A stretch of DNA of 64,000 nt from Macrostomum lignano (Eukaryota): positions 62,001-126,000 of the forward strand of contig NIVC01001025.1 in NCBI GenBank assembly GCA_002269645.1. Reading direction: 5' to 3'. The position numbers and the translations under genes are program-made. Below, one piece after another: positions 36,559 to 49,784 of the stretch (its first letter is position 1; each line of letters starts with the position of its first letter). Below the pieces are notes generated by a model, which saw only the letters and a program-made list of their open reading frames with translations, was not told where the DNA came from and did not search any database.

Positions 36559-39422
36559 ACCTCTCTCACTGATTCGAGGGGCTTTTCGGCGGAGGTTGAG
36601 GGAGCGCTAGCGCGGGAGGATGGGAGACGCGAGCGAGGCTTCAGCAGAGGGTTGGTTGAGGGAGAATAGCGGAGCCAGGAAGAACCCCCTGGCTTGGCGA
36701 TGCCTATCAGGAAGTTTAAGGCTAGATATGAAGAGGAAAACCCGAGGCCGAAGGAGAAGCAGCGGCAGGAGAGGCCTTGGAGCCCACGAGACGGAGGAGG
36801 CTGCGGCGGCGCTGGCGTGTGTTTGGCGCCTCCTCTACAATATTTCTCTATATCTATCTCTCTGGCGTGTTTTTTCAATTCTATCTCCAACTGGTGGAGC
36901 CGGCTCCCTCTCTCTCAGCACCGACTTGGGTTATCAGGGCGGGCAGATCAGCTCGGGGCGCCATTACGGCACCACTGAGGCGGGCACCGGGTTGGAGCGT
37001 CGGCTATCAGCCAATGGCCATTTAGTCTGGGACGGCCACGAGGCCGCGTCAATCATTTAACGGACTTGGGCTGAGAGGGGGGCGGCGGCGGTAAAAAGGG
37101 GCAGTGGGTGAACTGTGGAGGAGGGGCAGAGAGAGAGTAGCTTTAAATAAGAGACCCATAGCAAAAATAGAAATTCCAGTTGTCATATTCCATGTTTCAT
37201 CTCATAAGTAGTTAGTAAGTAGTATAGAAGAGCTATAGACAGTCTTATTCAATAATCAAGCCTAAAATGTTTAGGAAAATATAAAAAATAACGAATAAAA
37301 ATAAGCTTCGTTGACAATCTGATACGCGCTAGCGCCTTTATTTAATAAGCACTATCTCACTTTCCTTTTATTTTTTTCCGGATAATAATAATTGGACGCT
37401 GAGGGTAAATACAAGACAAGACATGACATTTTGATTGCATAGGGGGGGGGAGGGGGGCGAGGAAGGTTTATTATAAGCGGAAGGGTCCAAGTTCAGAGTT
37501 AGCCTTAGTCAGATTAGACAAGCAAAATACACAGGAGAGACAGACAGATAGACAGGCAGTGCAGTTCAGAATTTCATGCAGAGCGACTAGAGACCAGAGA
37601 AGTTAAGGATCGGACACCCCACTGCACTGGCTAGGAGCATTTATTAACAGAGGCAATGGCGAACGAACATGGACAGGATGCTGGCACAGAAAGATAGGGA
37701 GATTGGGGATAGACCATTCAGCCATTCGAATGTCCCCCCCCCTTCCCTGAATTTACCCTGTTTATTATTGAGGAACTGCACTGGGTCCAAGCTAGTATTT
37801 TACTGTCTAAATGTGCTTTTGCTTGCCTCATTTGCTGCTATGAATACACTTGCCAGTCTAAAAGGAAAGGACAACAGAGAATCTGGAACATATTTAAGCC
37901 AGATTTGTTGGCCCAAATGCTTTACTAAATGCATAAAATCTTTTATAAGAACCCCGAATTATCAGCCAATCAAGCTTGACTCAACTAAATACTTGGGCAA
38001 TCAAATTCACTGTCAAAACTCACTGAAATATATGACAAAAGGATTATAATAGCTGGACTGCAGAGGATAACAATCCTATAACATAAAACTAAAAAGTAAT
38101 TATGAAATTGATTCAAATGGTTTGAATAACCTATTGAATATAAATAATAACCATTCTACAGATTAAACATTAATACTAACTAAGAATCTAGTTCTTTACA
38201 TCACATACTACTTAGTAGGTAGGAATTATAAGAAATCAAAAAGAGGTAAACTATTAATGTGACTGAAAATATAGGCAATACATTAGTTATGCTTTTCATA
38301 TAATTATTAGTTTACTTTTGGTAAATTACAAAAAAGTTAGTTACAAAATGTGTACATTATATTGGCGGGCAATTTTATATTGAAAGTTTTTTGAGAAGCC
38401 CTTTATTAAATGCATATATATGTTATTATTTTATTTAAGTTCAAAGTAAAGGATTTGTATTTATAGCCGATTTCAACATTGATTATAATAGAAAACAAAG
38501 CTAGGTCTATACTATACTGAGCTTCGTAAGGTTAGGAAAAATTTCAAAGATTTTCAATTCAAGCCTATAATAGAGCTTACAAAATTAGAACAGTTAATTT
38601 AATAAACAAACAAGAAGATGCTACATAAATATTGAAGTGACAGTTCATTGGTTTGTGATCTAGGTAACTGTGTGGGTTATTGTTTAACTTTGTTTGCATA
38701 ACTTAGCTTAATCACTTTGTTTGCATCTTGAAATCAGCATGTACTTAGTAAATCAATGCATACTCTATGCAATGCAATTCAATGTGCATCATTGTGCTAG
38801 ACTTGCTTCACCCTGTAAGTCTATATAATTTCATACTCTTTCTACTTACTTAGCCAGTGCATCAGTGAAATTCAATATTTACAATATGTAAGTTATTGCT
38901 ATCAAACTCATTAAGTGACTTTGGCTATTCTACAAATATATTGCAAGAATTCCCACATTATTAACAATAATCAATTTCTGACTTTTGCATCACATCAAAT
39001 ATAGCTCTGTTAGGGCTTCCTTTATATACTAAATCATAAATAGTGAATAATAGCAAATGCATAACTGCCAACCAACCTGGTTAATCCAGTCTGGCAATAT
39101 ACAAGGCATGCCCTAAAAGTAGTGTCACTTTTGCTTGCCATCATGATTCTGATGCAATGCTAAAAATAAACTGCCTTTGCTTGCAAATCAACTTATCTTA
39201 GCTTTATAGGATCAAAAGTCCTATCATTTCAGGCCCCATTGGAATAAATAAACAAAAGGCATCTGACTATCCATTGGAACTTTTCTAGTGTTCAATTTCC
39301 TTTAAAAAATTCTACTGTCATCCTGCAGCTGGTGTTTTTCAATTCTGTCTCATGACATTCTGTCTCACCATCTCATGATAGGTGGTGTCATGAGATGGTG
39401 CAGTTTTTAGGTAAATAGCAAA

Positions 39423-39472
39423 AGTAACTAGGACTGTCTTATTAAGGCTAAATGCCTCATTATCTAATTAGT
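39423..39472 (+). other. Degenerate 28S rRNA H69-H71 fragment, copy 3
   Basis: Ungapped 40/50 match by hand to AGTAACTATGACTCTCTTAAGGTAGCCAAATGCCTCGTCATCTAATTAGT. Confidence 0.8.
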
Positions 39473-39776
39473 ACTATGCCTATATTTGGTGCAAAAGTTA
39501 ACATGCTCTGTGTCATGTTGCACTTTTGAGCTACAATTTTAGACCCCGTGTTGCACATCCACAGGTTTTTTTACACTTATTCCAGTAGGGATTTTAGGTG
39601 CTTTTCAATTAGTACAATGAGTTATGATTTGAGCACTCTTGGGCATAGATTTACACAAATGTACAGTCGACTCTGATTTAGGTAGAAGCAAGCATTAGAC
39701 ATCAATGGAGCTAGGGCAGCGCAGACTTGCAAAACACAGATGACTGAGATTAATTAATGTCATGGACACAAATATA

Positions 39777-40551
39777 CCTTTTTACGTTCTATTTGATAAA
39801 AACTGCAACCAATTTGGCCACGGCTCAGCCTGACGCAGCCGCAGCAATTTTCCATAGACAGCCACTGCTAGCGGCAACCAATTTGGTAAAAACTGCAAGC
39901 TATTTTGCCAGCTTGAAGATAGCAGCTGCTCTGATGGTGAATCGTGGGCTGTACCAAAAGATAAGTCAGCTGGATCGAGATCGAATCGTGAGAGCGTACA
40001 GGAATGGCAACGACTGGGGAGAGCTTGGCAGAATGATGGGGATGAAGAAACCGACAGTAAGGAACATCGTGACCACGTATGAACAAACTGGTAGAGTTGG
40101 CACTCTGCCAAAAGGAGGAGTGAAGAGGATGGCGCTGACAGAGGCTATGGTGGACACCATTGTTCAATTCATCGAAGGTCAACCTACTGCGATGCTGCAA
40201 CAAATGAGAGAGCACCTGCTGCACCAACACAATGACGTTGCCAACGTGAGTCTGACCACTATCAGTCGTGCTCTGGATGGTCGCCTCATCACCCTGAAGT
40301 TACTGCGCCAGGTACCTAGCGACATACCTGGCTGAGGACATAATGTTCTGACTTTGTGCATGTATTGTTAACATTCTTTATTGTTATTGTTATGCTATTG
40401 AGCTGCTATCTTCAAGCTGGCAAAAAAGCTCGCAGTTTTTACCAAATTGGTTGCCGCTAGCAATGGCTGTCTATGGAAAATTGCTGCGGCTGCGTCAGGC
40501 TGAGCCGTGGCCAAATTGGTTGCAGTTTTTATCAAATAGAACGTAAAAAGG
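39777..40551 (+). mobile_element. IS630/Tc1-like internally deleted DNA transposon with 151-bp near-perfect TIRs and a truncated transposase (HTH region only)
   Basis: 39777-39927 is the reverse complement of 40401-40551 with about 3 mismatches. ORF 39934-40335 (MVNRGLYQKISQLDRDRIVRAY...TVRNIVTTYEQTG...VSLTTISRAL) resembles paired HTH domains and has no DDE region. Confidence 0.85.
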
Positions 40552-41633
40552 AATATTCACTTTGTAGAAGGGCAATGACAAGTGTGCTATATTCCCCCTT
40601 TAGAGTCTGTCAAAAGTGCCCAGAGATTCATGAGAACCTGATCTATATCTATGGTGCCAAAAAAATTTAGTAGAATGGTCTAATAGTATCTAGCTATTAG
40701 ACTCACATGTTTAGCTACATGGTGACTAAACTGAGAAGAGGACAATGCCCATAGACATGGATGAGTAATTATTGTACCTCATATAAAACTATGTCCTTAG
40801 AATAATGCTAAATCCTTTTTTCACATTTCACAATTTCAAAAGTTTTAGAAACATTTTGTTGCCAGATAAAGCCACTTGCACTATTCAATGATTGTTCAAT
40901 GATATGTTTAAATATTGTTTTTGAAAGGTAATACAAACAAATATGACATTACCCTTTTGGGATACATCTTGTATAAATAATGGCAAATAAAGGGTGAATA
41001 AGAAATTGACAATGAAAAAACAAAAGACAAAAAACAATTTACTTAAAGAATAATAATTGATTACATCTGCCCTAGTGGGTAGATATGCAACTGATAGCTT
41101 AGCTACAACTATTGCATGGCATATATGAAGGCTACACATAGCCATTTAATCTAAGGACTAAATTTTATCCATTCCTTAAGGGAATGCTACATACATCTTC
41201 AATTATCTTAGCTAATGCTAATACCTATTTCATAGCTACGTGAACTAAAGCAATGCAAAGGGAAATGTCTTGCTCAAGGATACAAGTTGTTCCAGTGGAA
41301 TTTGGAACTATTTAAAAGTACTTAAAAGTCTATTACAAAAAATTATCTAATAGGATGTTGTCACAATTAGTAGTAACTAGCTAGAAATATTTATTTTATT
41401 TATTTTTTTCTTAACATTTTGATATTCATTCTATAATTATTATTCCTTTCTAAAACTTTCTAAAAGAATTTAATAGACATTCAAGACTTATTGGTCCTAG
41501 TTATAACCTAGAATTAAAAAGGTATTTAGTGCACTTGTATATTCATAATAATTTATTTTATACCTAACTTCATTTGCCATTGTTTCTGTTAAACTTTTTT
41601 GATTTCTTCAAATTTTTCAATTTCTTAAACCTT

Positions 41634-42950
41634 TTAATACTTTAAAATAAATGAGATCTGTATTGCTCTTGAATGTGCTCTCCAGCCAGGAACTCTACCA
41701 CCTGTCAAGCCTTGTGGGCCAGGGGCATTTTTGTGATAGAGAAGGATGCCCCAAACTCGAGTCCTTGGGCAATGCCTGGAGAGAGTGCTCAGCACTTCTG
41801 GTAAGCAAACATTGGCATACCAGTCACCTGTGACTATGCACTGCTGCACAAGTGGAACCGTGGCCAAATGACCAGTTTTTGCCACGAAAATGGCCACTAT
41901 CTGCTTTGCCATGCTGCACTCTTGCCAAAGCTTGGATAGTGGGGTGCCACCAACTGGAGTCCACTAGGCTAACTGCTAGTTAGTCTCTAGGTCAAAACTA
42001 TAGATCCACAACTTGTCATCACTAACAATATCCCAGACCAAGTTTGAGCTGCCTCCATTGAATCTGTTAAGCATGGTGCAGCACCAGGTCACCCGAGCCT
42101 CCTTCTGCTCCAGAGTCAGCTGATGAGGCACCCAGCGTGCAGAAATCTTGCTCAGGTTGATCTGTGAATGCAAGATTGTCTTAATGGATCCTGATAAGAT
42201 GCCTACCTCTGCCTCTATCTGGGCCACAGTCACTTGGGCATCATCCTCAACTCAACCATGGCTCAGACAGCAGCAACACCCAAGCCGACGAGCTGGCAGC
42301 CAAGGGCTGCCCCCTAAATGGCCCGGATGGACCAGGCTGGACGGCTGAAGCAGCAAAGCTGGAGATCAGGACCCACCTGCAGAGACGCAGTGGCTGGAGG
42401 CACACCAGGTCGGAGGCAACGTACGGCGGCGGCCCCAAATGGCGCACCAAAGCCAGATGGCTGGTGGCAGAGAGGGCTGAATATGTGCGCTTCTGCATTG
42501 GCCACAGCACCAAGCTGATGGCGTATGCAAACTGCATCGGCCTTGCTACATCGGCAACCTGCCAGCACTGCGAGCTTGGCGAACAAACAAATGTGCACGT
42601 GGCCACAGAATGCCCTGTCCTGGATTGGGTACGACAACAGCTTGGCGTGACCAGCCTGAGCAACCTATGCTGTGAGCCAGAGGCCGGTTGCCGGCTGTGG
42701 AATGCGTTCTTGCAACTGTAGAGAGCCGTGTTTGCCAAATCAGACAGCCCCAACAACATTTCTAAAAACAAAAACAGCAGCAACATTATCCTTGGTTATT
42801 GCAGAGACAGGCCGGCTACTGCACTCATCATCTAGAATCTGCTGCATCAAAATTTGGCAAACCAGTCAAAAACAGTGGATCTAGATGCTTCATCCCCAAA
42901 AGCTCCTTGCAATCACTCAAGACTTTCTTGCTGCTGTAAACCACTTTTAA
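41634..42950 (-). mobile_element. Degenerate mariner transposase relic (pseudogene)
   Basis: N-terminal FGDEA.RSTVFDWF at about 42860-42920; SARWVPHQLT and IVSDDKLWIY (41976-42233); ILLYHKNAP, a degenerate HDNAP (41634-41912); several stops and frameshifts. Confidence 0.88.
42252..42757 (+). mobile_element. 3' fragment of a non-LTR retrotransposon nested in the mariner relic
   Basis: RFCIGHSTKLMAYANCIGLATSATCQHCELGEQTNVHVATECP is a LINE ORF2 C-terminal CCHC knuckle; ends in CAACAAC; the mariner reading resumes on both sides. Confidence 0.75.
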
Positions 42951-43566
42951 AATAGTAATAAATCATTGCTCTAAAATGACTCCTATTGAGCTCCATTGTG
43001 AATTTGATAGATAGGATGGGTATGCTAGCTTGGTTTGGGTACTGAAACTTTATAAACATTGTACTTATATAATGTACTTGACACCTATGGTGTCAGATTT
43101 TGTTAGTCGCCTCTCAACTATGCATATCCAGAAACTTATTGCTCAGCCCTCATATGCTAATGTTGCAACAATAAATTACCTTTTTTGTGTTGCAATAGTA
43201 AATAATAGTAAATTACCTTTTTTCCCATAAATAATCCTTTATGGCAGATAATTTAGTTGCCTTTTTATCTTTCTTGCATATACTATCTTTGCTAGAAAAT
43301 TGATATATGCAAAATTTTGTTTAAGATGTTACAAGCTAAAAAACTGGAAAGCTTGAAATTAGCCATTTAAAAATAAACTTTTTTTTCTTTTTCCACTTAC
43401 AAGTTAACACTAACTATTCCGCATGATTATATGAAGTGCACACTAGGTATGTATGCATATTATTTTCTATAGTTGGCAAGTCCTATATGCCAACTGTGCA
43501 TGTCAACTTTTGACATATAAGGCCAATGCATGCCCAACTTTTTGGGCATATACTACATGATCTAGA

Positions 43567-43828
43567 GGGTAATAGCCAGAGTTTCTGGCACCGGAACCCA
43601 TTTTCTAACAGTTGGGGATCTGGCAGTGCCGTATAGAAGCATATAAAGACTGCTAAAATCATATCTTAAGAATTCTGAATATTAGAAGCATCTCATCCCA
43701 AATCTTATCATATCGTCTTAAATTTTAATCTAATGAAAAATATAATGTTCTATCAATATTATAATGGCACTGCCGGATCTGTAGCCATTAGAAAATGGGT
43801 TTTGGTGCTGGAACTCTAGCCATTGCTG
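43567..43828. mobile_element. Palindromic MITE, probably hAT/Charlie-type
   Basis: About 70-bp imperfect TIRs; both flanks contain ATCTAGA (nTCTAGAn is the Charlie target preference). Confidence 0.7.
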
Positions 43829-43841
43829 ATCTAGAATATGG

Positions 43842-43891
43842 TATGACTATCTTATTAAGGCTAAATGCATATAGATCATTATCTAATTAGT
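43842..43891 (+). other. Degenerate 28S rRNA H69-H71 fragment, copy 4 (with a small insertion)
   Basis: TATGACTaTCTTAttaagGCtAAATGC...ATCTAATTAGT; part of a roughly 170-bp dispersed duplicate of 39430-39600. Confidence 0.7.
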
Positions 43892-46699
43892 ACTATGCCT
43901 ATATTCAGGCATCAGTGCAAAAGTTAATATATTTAAATTGTGTCATATCACATTTTTAAGCTACAATTTTAGACCCTATGTTGCACATCCACAGGTGTTC
44001 TATACTTTTTTCAATAGGGATAAGAGTGCAAACAAAAAAATGAGCATATTAATTGATAAAGTACTAATATTTTTTTAAATATAAATATTAGAAACTTTAA
44101 ATAATTGCAAGTTTTTGCAAAGGAATAATAGACAACACTTTTTTATTACAATGTACATATAAATATTAAATGTAACAATGGAAGAAAAGTCCATTATTGT
44201 CATGGCAAAAAAGTAAGATTGCATAATTTAGAAATTTGACATATATGATAGGCCTAGTCACATTTCCAATTTTTGTCATACTTAGTGTATACCTAAAATG
44301 TTGCCCAAAATTTTGGCATATACTGGATACCTTCCTTACAGTGGGAAATAGGTAATAATGAGATTATTGCATAGGGAAGGGCCAGCATGCCATAGGGCAT
44401 AGCATATAAATTTGTATATGTTTGTACTTTAGCTAGGCATATAAGGAATATAACAGACATGACTATATACTCATATATTAGATATGTAATATATAATGTT
44501 AATATATAAATTATAAAATTATATTTATATATTATAAATTATAACTAAAATACTATAACTAATAAAAACTGTAACTAAAATTATAAATAGATTATAGAAT
44601 ATAGATATAGATTATAGATTATGTAATGATAAACAATATAGCCTATTAGGCCTACTACAAAATGAAAGTAAATAAAATATACTTTTTGAGTTTTGGTACC
44701 AATTTAATTTGAGTATAATTTGATTGTCTTTGAATATTTAAGTCTAACTAAGATAAGCACAACTTTTGTAAGTAAAGCAAAGCCTATTGAGCCTTTTCTG
44801 CCAAAGCATTATTGGCACAGTCCGTCATAGCATGGTACAACTTTGATTATATTTTCTTTTTTTAGTGTAACAGCACTAAGACTACCATTCTGTCAAACTC
44901 TGTCTTGACTACATTTACTTTTCCAAATACACATCGTCCTCAGACCTAGGCGGTAGGCCTATCCCATACTGAATTTCTATGATTTGTTTTTTCCTGTCCT
45001 AATCCTAAACTTCTATCTAAATCTTCTTTCTTCCTCAATTACTTTCGTTCGACCTTATTTAACTTTTTAAGGGTTTCTTCGAAAAGGAGCCGATTTAAAA
45101 GCCCTTAATTAATAAAAACTTTCTAAGCTAAGAAAAAATAAATAAGAACTTTTTAAACGCTCAATTTCTACTGATTAATTTAATGGTCTAATTCGCAGAA
45201 AAAGAATTTTCATTATATTTGATTTAACGGTTTAATATAAATGCTTCCGTGAACCATCGGGTCATCGATATGAAGCACGCTTATCATGTCTAGAATGTTC
45301 AGATGGAGTGTAAAAGCTACCTAGATAGGCGTTTTAAACTTTTTCCGTCTCATCTAGCCTGTTGACCCTTTTGTTTGACCCTTTTCAAAGCTATTCAAAC
45401 CGAAGCTATCGGTTGACCCTTTTTAGTTCCGACAAAGTTAATTTTTTATCGAATTTTTCTTTGTATAATCGCCTATCTGGCAGAAGTGAGCCCAAAAACG
45501 TCTGCACCAGACACGGCTGCATCGATTCGTGATATGGGTCTGTCTAAACTGCGTGCTGCACTAATTTCGTGCTACACGAGTCTGACATGATATTGTTTCG
45601 CTGGGTGCAAAATGACTTCACCAGCTGGTAGCTACTTGACTTTTGTTTACATGTGAGACTGATGTACTATGCATGTACTAGTTAGCGGCTCATCGTACTG
45701 ATCTCTCCCTCCCGTTGTTGTAAGCCTATGTATTCCAAATACATTACCTCTAGTATCATCAATTTTTTCTTCCGTTTGGCCAAGCATACTCGCGATCGAT
45801 TGTCGGGGTGGGGAATCCAACCAAATATTTATATTGCAGCGTTAAATTAAGTAGATGATGTGTACGATTATACAAGTGCGCAGTGCGCGTAGCTAAGATT
45901 TCATTGGGGGCGAGCTAGAGCCAGCCGCAAACATCGATCCATACAGGACAATATGTCATATTGGTGCCATATTGCGCTTGAACTACACGTACATGTACAT
46001 GTTTATTCTATTCGATGGCTTTAGACAGCTTATCAAATAAAGGCATTCAAGTCTAAATGTTTGTATTTACATGTACATGTACGCGGTGACAGTCGTGAAT
46101 CGTCTAACCATGATTATGGAAACTTGCAAGATAAATCTTCAAAATGGCTTTTTCTGTAAAGAAAGATCCCGGCCGTGCGAATGCAGGATACTGTAAATTA
46201 TGCACGCGTATGCAATACATCTGATAGTGAAAATGCTGGCCCATTTCTGATAGACACCTAGCTGGCCAATGCAGTTCACCCCGCGGGACTGTAATAATTG
46301 GGATCCGTCGCAATTAACGACCAGGAAAACTCCCAACGCGGCTGTGGAGAAAAAACGCGGTCAAGAGCCCCCGCTGTGAGCGCGCACGCTTTAATTGGGC
46401 CTGCATTTGCATATCGATCCGGCGCAGCTGCAGTTTCACCTACTGTATACAGCTGCTACAGTAGAATCCTATTTTTGATTCTGACTCCACTTGAACACGT
46501 CTTGTGCACGGTATTTAAATGATGCTTGTAGTTATACAAGGGTATATAGATCAAATAGTGATGGTTCCTATGTAACAATGATATATGTGATTTTTCATGC
46601 GGAATGACTTCATTACTATATTTTTTGCTTTGAGAGAAACCAATTTCGCGTAGGCGAGAGGGGCCTTCGTAACTCCATACCTCAGAATCACACACAAGC

Positions 46700-47582
46700 A
46701 CAACCCATCCACAACAGGAACCTCAACCCGAACACACCCCACCCACAACAGGAACCTCAATCCGAACACACCCCACCCACAACAGGAACCTCAACCCGAA
46801 CACACCCCACCCACAACAGGAACCTCAACCCGAACACACCCCACCCACAACAGAAACCTCAACCCGAACACACCCCACCCACAACAGGAACCTCAATCCG
46901 AACACACCCCACCCACAACAGGAACCTCAACCCGAACACACCCCACCCACAACAGAAACCTCAACCCGAACACACCCCACCCACAACAGGAACCTCAACC
47001 CGAACACACCCCACCCACAACAGAAACCTCAACCCGAACACACCCCACCCACAACAGGAACCTCAACCCGAACAGACCCCACCCACAACAGGAACCTCAA
47101 CCCGAACACACCCCACCCACAACAGGAACCTCAACCCGATCACACCCCCCCCCCACAACAGGAACCTCAACGCGATCACAACCCATCCACAACAGGAACC
47201 TCAACCCGATCACACCCCACACACAACAGGAACCTCAAACCGATCACACCCCCCCACAACAGAAACCTCAACCCGAACACACCCCACCCACAACAGGAAC
47301 CTCAGCCCAAACACACCCCACACACAACAGGAACCTCAGCCCAAACACACCCCACACACAACAGGAACCTCAGCCCGAACACACCCCATCCACAACAGGA
47401 ACCTCAGCCCGAACACACCCCATCCACAACAGGAACCTCAGCCCGAACACACCCCACACACAACAGGAACCTCAGCCCAAACACACCCCATCCACAACAG
47501 GAACCTCAGCCCAAACACACCCCATCCACAACAGGAACCTCAGCCCGAACACACCCCATCCACAACAGGAACCTCAGCCCAA
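46700..47582. repeat. 34-bp C/A-rich minisatellite (AACAGGAACCTCAACCCGAACACACCCCACCCAC), about 26 copies
   Basis: Units at 46747, 46781 and onward. Confidence 0.96.
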
Positions 47583-48454
47583 CACACTCTCAGAACGAAT
47601 GCATCACGCCAAGCAAATGATTAACACTACTCACTCGTCTAGCCAAACATACAGTGCAATAAGATAAGGCAGCTGCATACAAGCAATCTCTCGTAAGCTA
47701 CGATCTCTGTATTTGAATAAGTAAGTTACCTTTCTTTTCCTCTATATGCTTTGAATACATGTACAATCCAACTACAAATGTAAAAGCATCCATTTCTTAA
47801 AAAGTCTCGATCCACAGTGACAATTTCCTTGCACCATAAATGATTGTCAATCAGGCAGTGGAAGGGAAACGGACAAGAAAATGATTGCAATATTCCTTGC
47901 GACAAACCGGCCACCAAAGTTGCTTGCAGTCTAGATTTGCCCGACTATCTGTCTGTCTGCCTGCGTGACTGTCTGTCTGCAACTGCTTTTCAATATACAT
48001 ATTGCCCTGACCCAGTCCGACTGTGTGAGAAGTTTGTGTATGCGTGTCTCCCCCTCAATGACGGACAGGTCTGAGTGACAGCAGCTGCCCCAAGCCAACC
48101 CACCGGCTCCCCCCCACATGGCTCCAGTTCGCCCCCTCTTTCCCGGCCCACCCTCGTTGCTGCTGCTGTTGCTGCTGAAACCAGCTGACAAGGTGGCCGG
48201 CCAGTCCAAAGAGTTCCAAGGAGAGTGTCTGGATAGGTGAAACTGGCCAAGCTCAACATCTTTGCGAAGCTGTTTACTCGCTGCTGGCATCTGCTGTCTA
48301 TGGTCGAAAGACTGATCGACTGCAGATCAAGGCAGCTCATCTACTCTACGTAAGGCATGTACTCTCTGTGTGTCTTGTGCGTTAGGCCTTGTGGGAGTTA
48401 ATTGCACGACGATCCCCGGGCTTATTAATGCAACCGCGTGAACTCATGTGAGTT

Positions 48455-49229
48455 CTGGGACACTTCTACTCTCGGACTGTAGGACTCTTCTGCTGTTAGA
48501 CTGTGGGATCTGGGACTCTTCTACTCTCGGACTGTAGGACTCTTCTGCTGTTAGACTGTGGGATCTGGGACTCTTCTACTCTCGGACTGTAGGACTCTTC
48601 TGCTGTTAGACTGTGGGATCTGGGACTCTTCTGCTGTTAGACTGCGGGATCTGGGACTCTTCTGCTGTTAGACTGTGGGATCTGGGACTCTTCTACTCTC
48701 GGACTGTGGGATCTGGGGCTCTTCTGCTGTTAGACTGTGGGATCTGGGACTCTTCTGCTGTTAGACTGTGGGATCTGGGACTCTTCTGCTGTTAGACTGC
48801 GGGATCTGGGACTCTTCTACTCTCGGACTGTGGGATCTGGGACTCTTCTGCTGTTAGACTGTGGGATCTGGGACTCTTCTACTCTCGGACTGTGGGATCT
48901 GGGACTCTTCTGCTGTTAGACTGTGGGATCTGGGACTCTTCTACTCTCGGACTGTGGGATCTGGGACTCTTCTACTCTCGGACTGTGGGATCTGGGACAC
49001 TTCTGCTCTCGGACTGTGGGATCTGGGACTCTTCTGCTCTCGGACTGTGGGATCTGGGACTCTTCTGCTCTCGGACTGTGGGATCTGGGACACTTCTGCT
49101 CTCGGACTGTGGGATCTGAGACTCTTCTACTCTCGGACTGTGCGATCTGGGACTCCACTGCTGTCGGACTGTAGGATCTGGGACTCCACTGCTGTCGGAC
49201 TGTAGGATCTGGGACTCCACTGCTGTCGG
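48455..49229 (+). repeat. 31-bp minisatellite (CTGTGGGATCTGGGACTCTTCTGCTGTTAGA), left arm
   Basis: Direct inspection. Confidence 0.95.
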
Positions 49230-49784
49230 ACCCTCAAATAAGCATCAATTCTATCGTACAAGACTGTATTTTGATTTCGGATGCAATTGTAAAAAAGCCT
49301 ACTGTTGTGATTCTTAGAAAATCAATAAAGGCTTTCCAGTTGGTTTTCCAGTTAGCTTCCACGCCAGATACTCGCAGCTCAGTCTGGCAATCCATGGCCA
49401 ACCGTCTCTTCAATTGTGCCTGCCTCTCCTATACTAACTATATAACGCGCAGGTCCCCTGTGGCGCGGCCGCCCGCGCAGAAGCTGCTGCAAGTGCTGCC
49501 TTCCACCTTGGGGTCGTTCCTGCAGCCTTGTCCACGACTCTTACGAAAATGAAAACTTGCGGGCGATGCGTGGTGGCGGTCGCAATTACGAGTCGGATAT
49601 AATCTGTATTCGGTTCCCGATCGTGCGCCATTCAACCTTTTGCAGGATAGCTTTAGCACCTGCGGGACATAGTGCGCGTTTCAGTTCAGATCGAGAATCT
49701 AGTCGGCAAATTTCAATCCTCTTTGTAACTTGAAGGAAAGTTAAAACTGAGTGTTGCAGTCTATAGGAATATCAGAGTTCCACA

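Noticed and set aside
47931-48350. Possible plus-strand exon ending CTCTAC|GTAAGG (…GQAQHLCEAVYSLLASAVYGRK…)
   Set aside because: No partner exons, clear acceptor or recognisable family were found.
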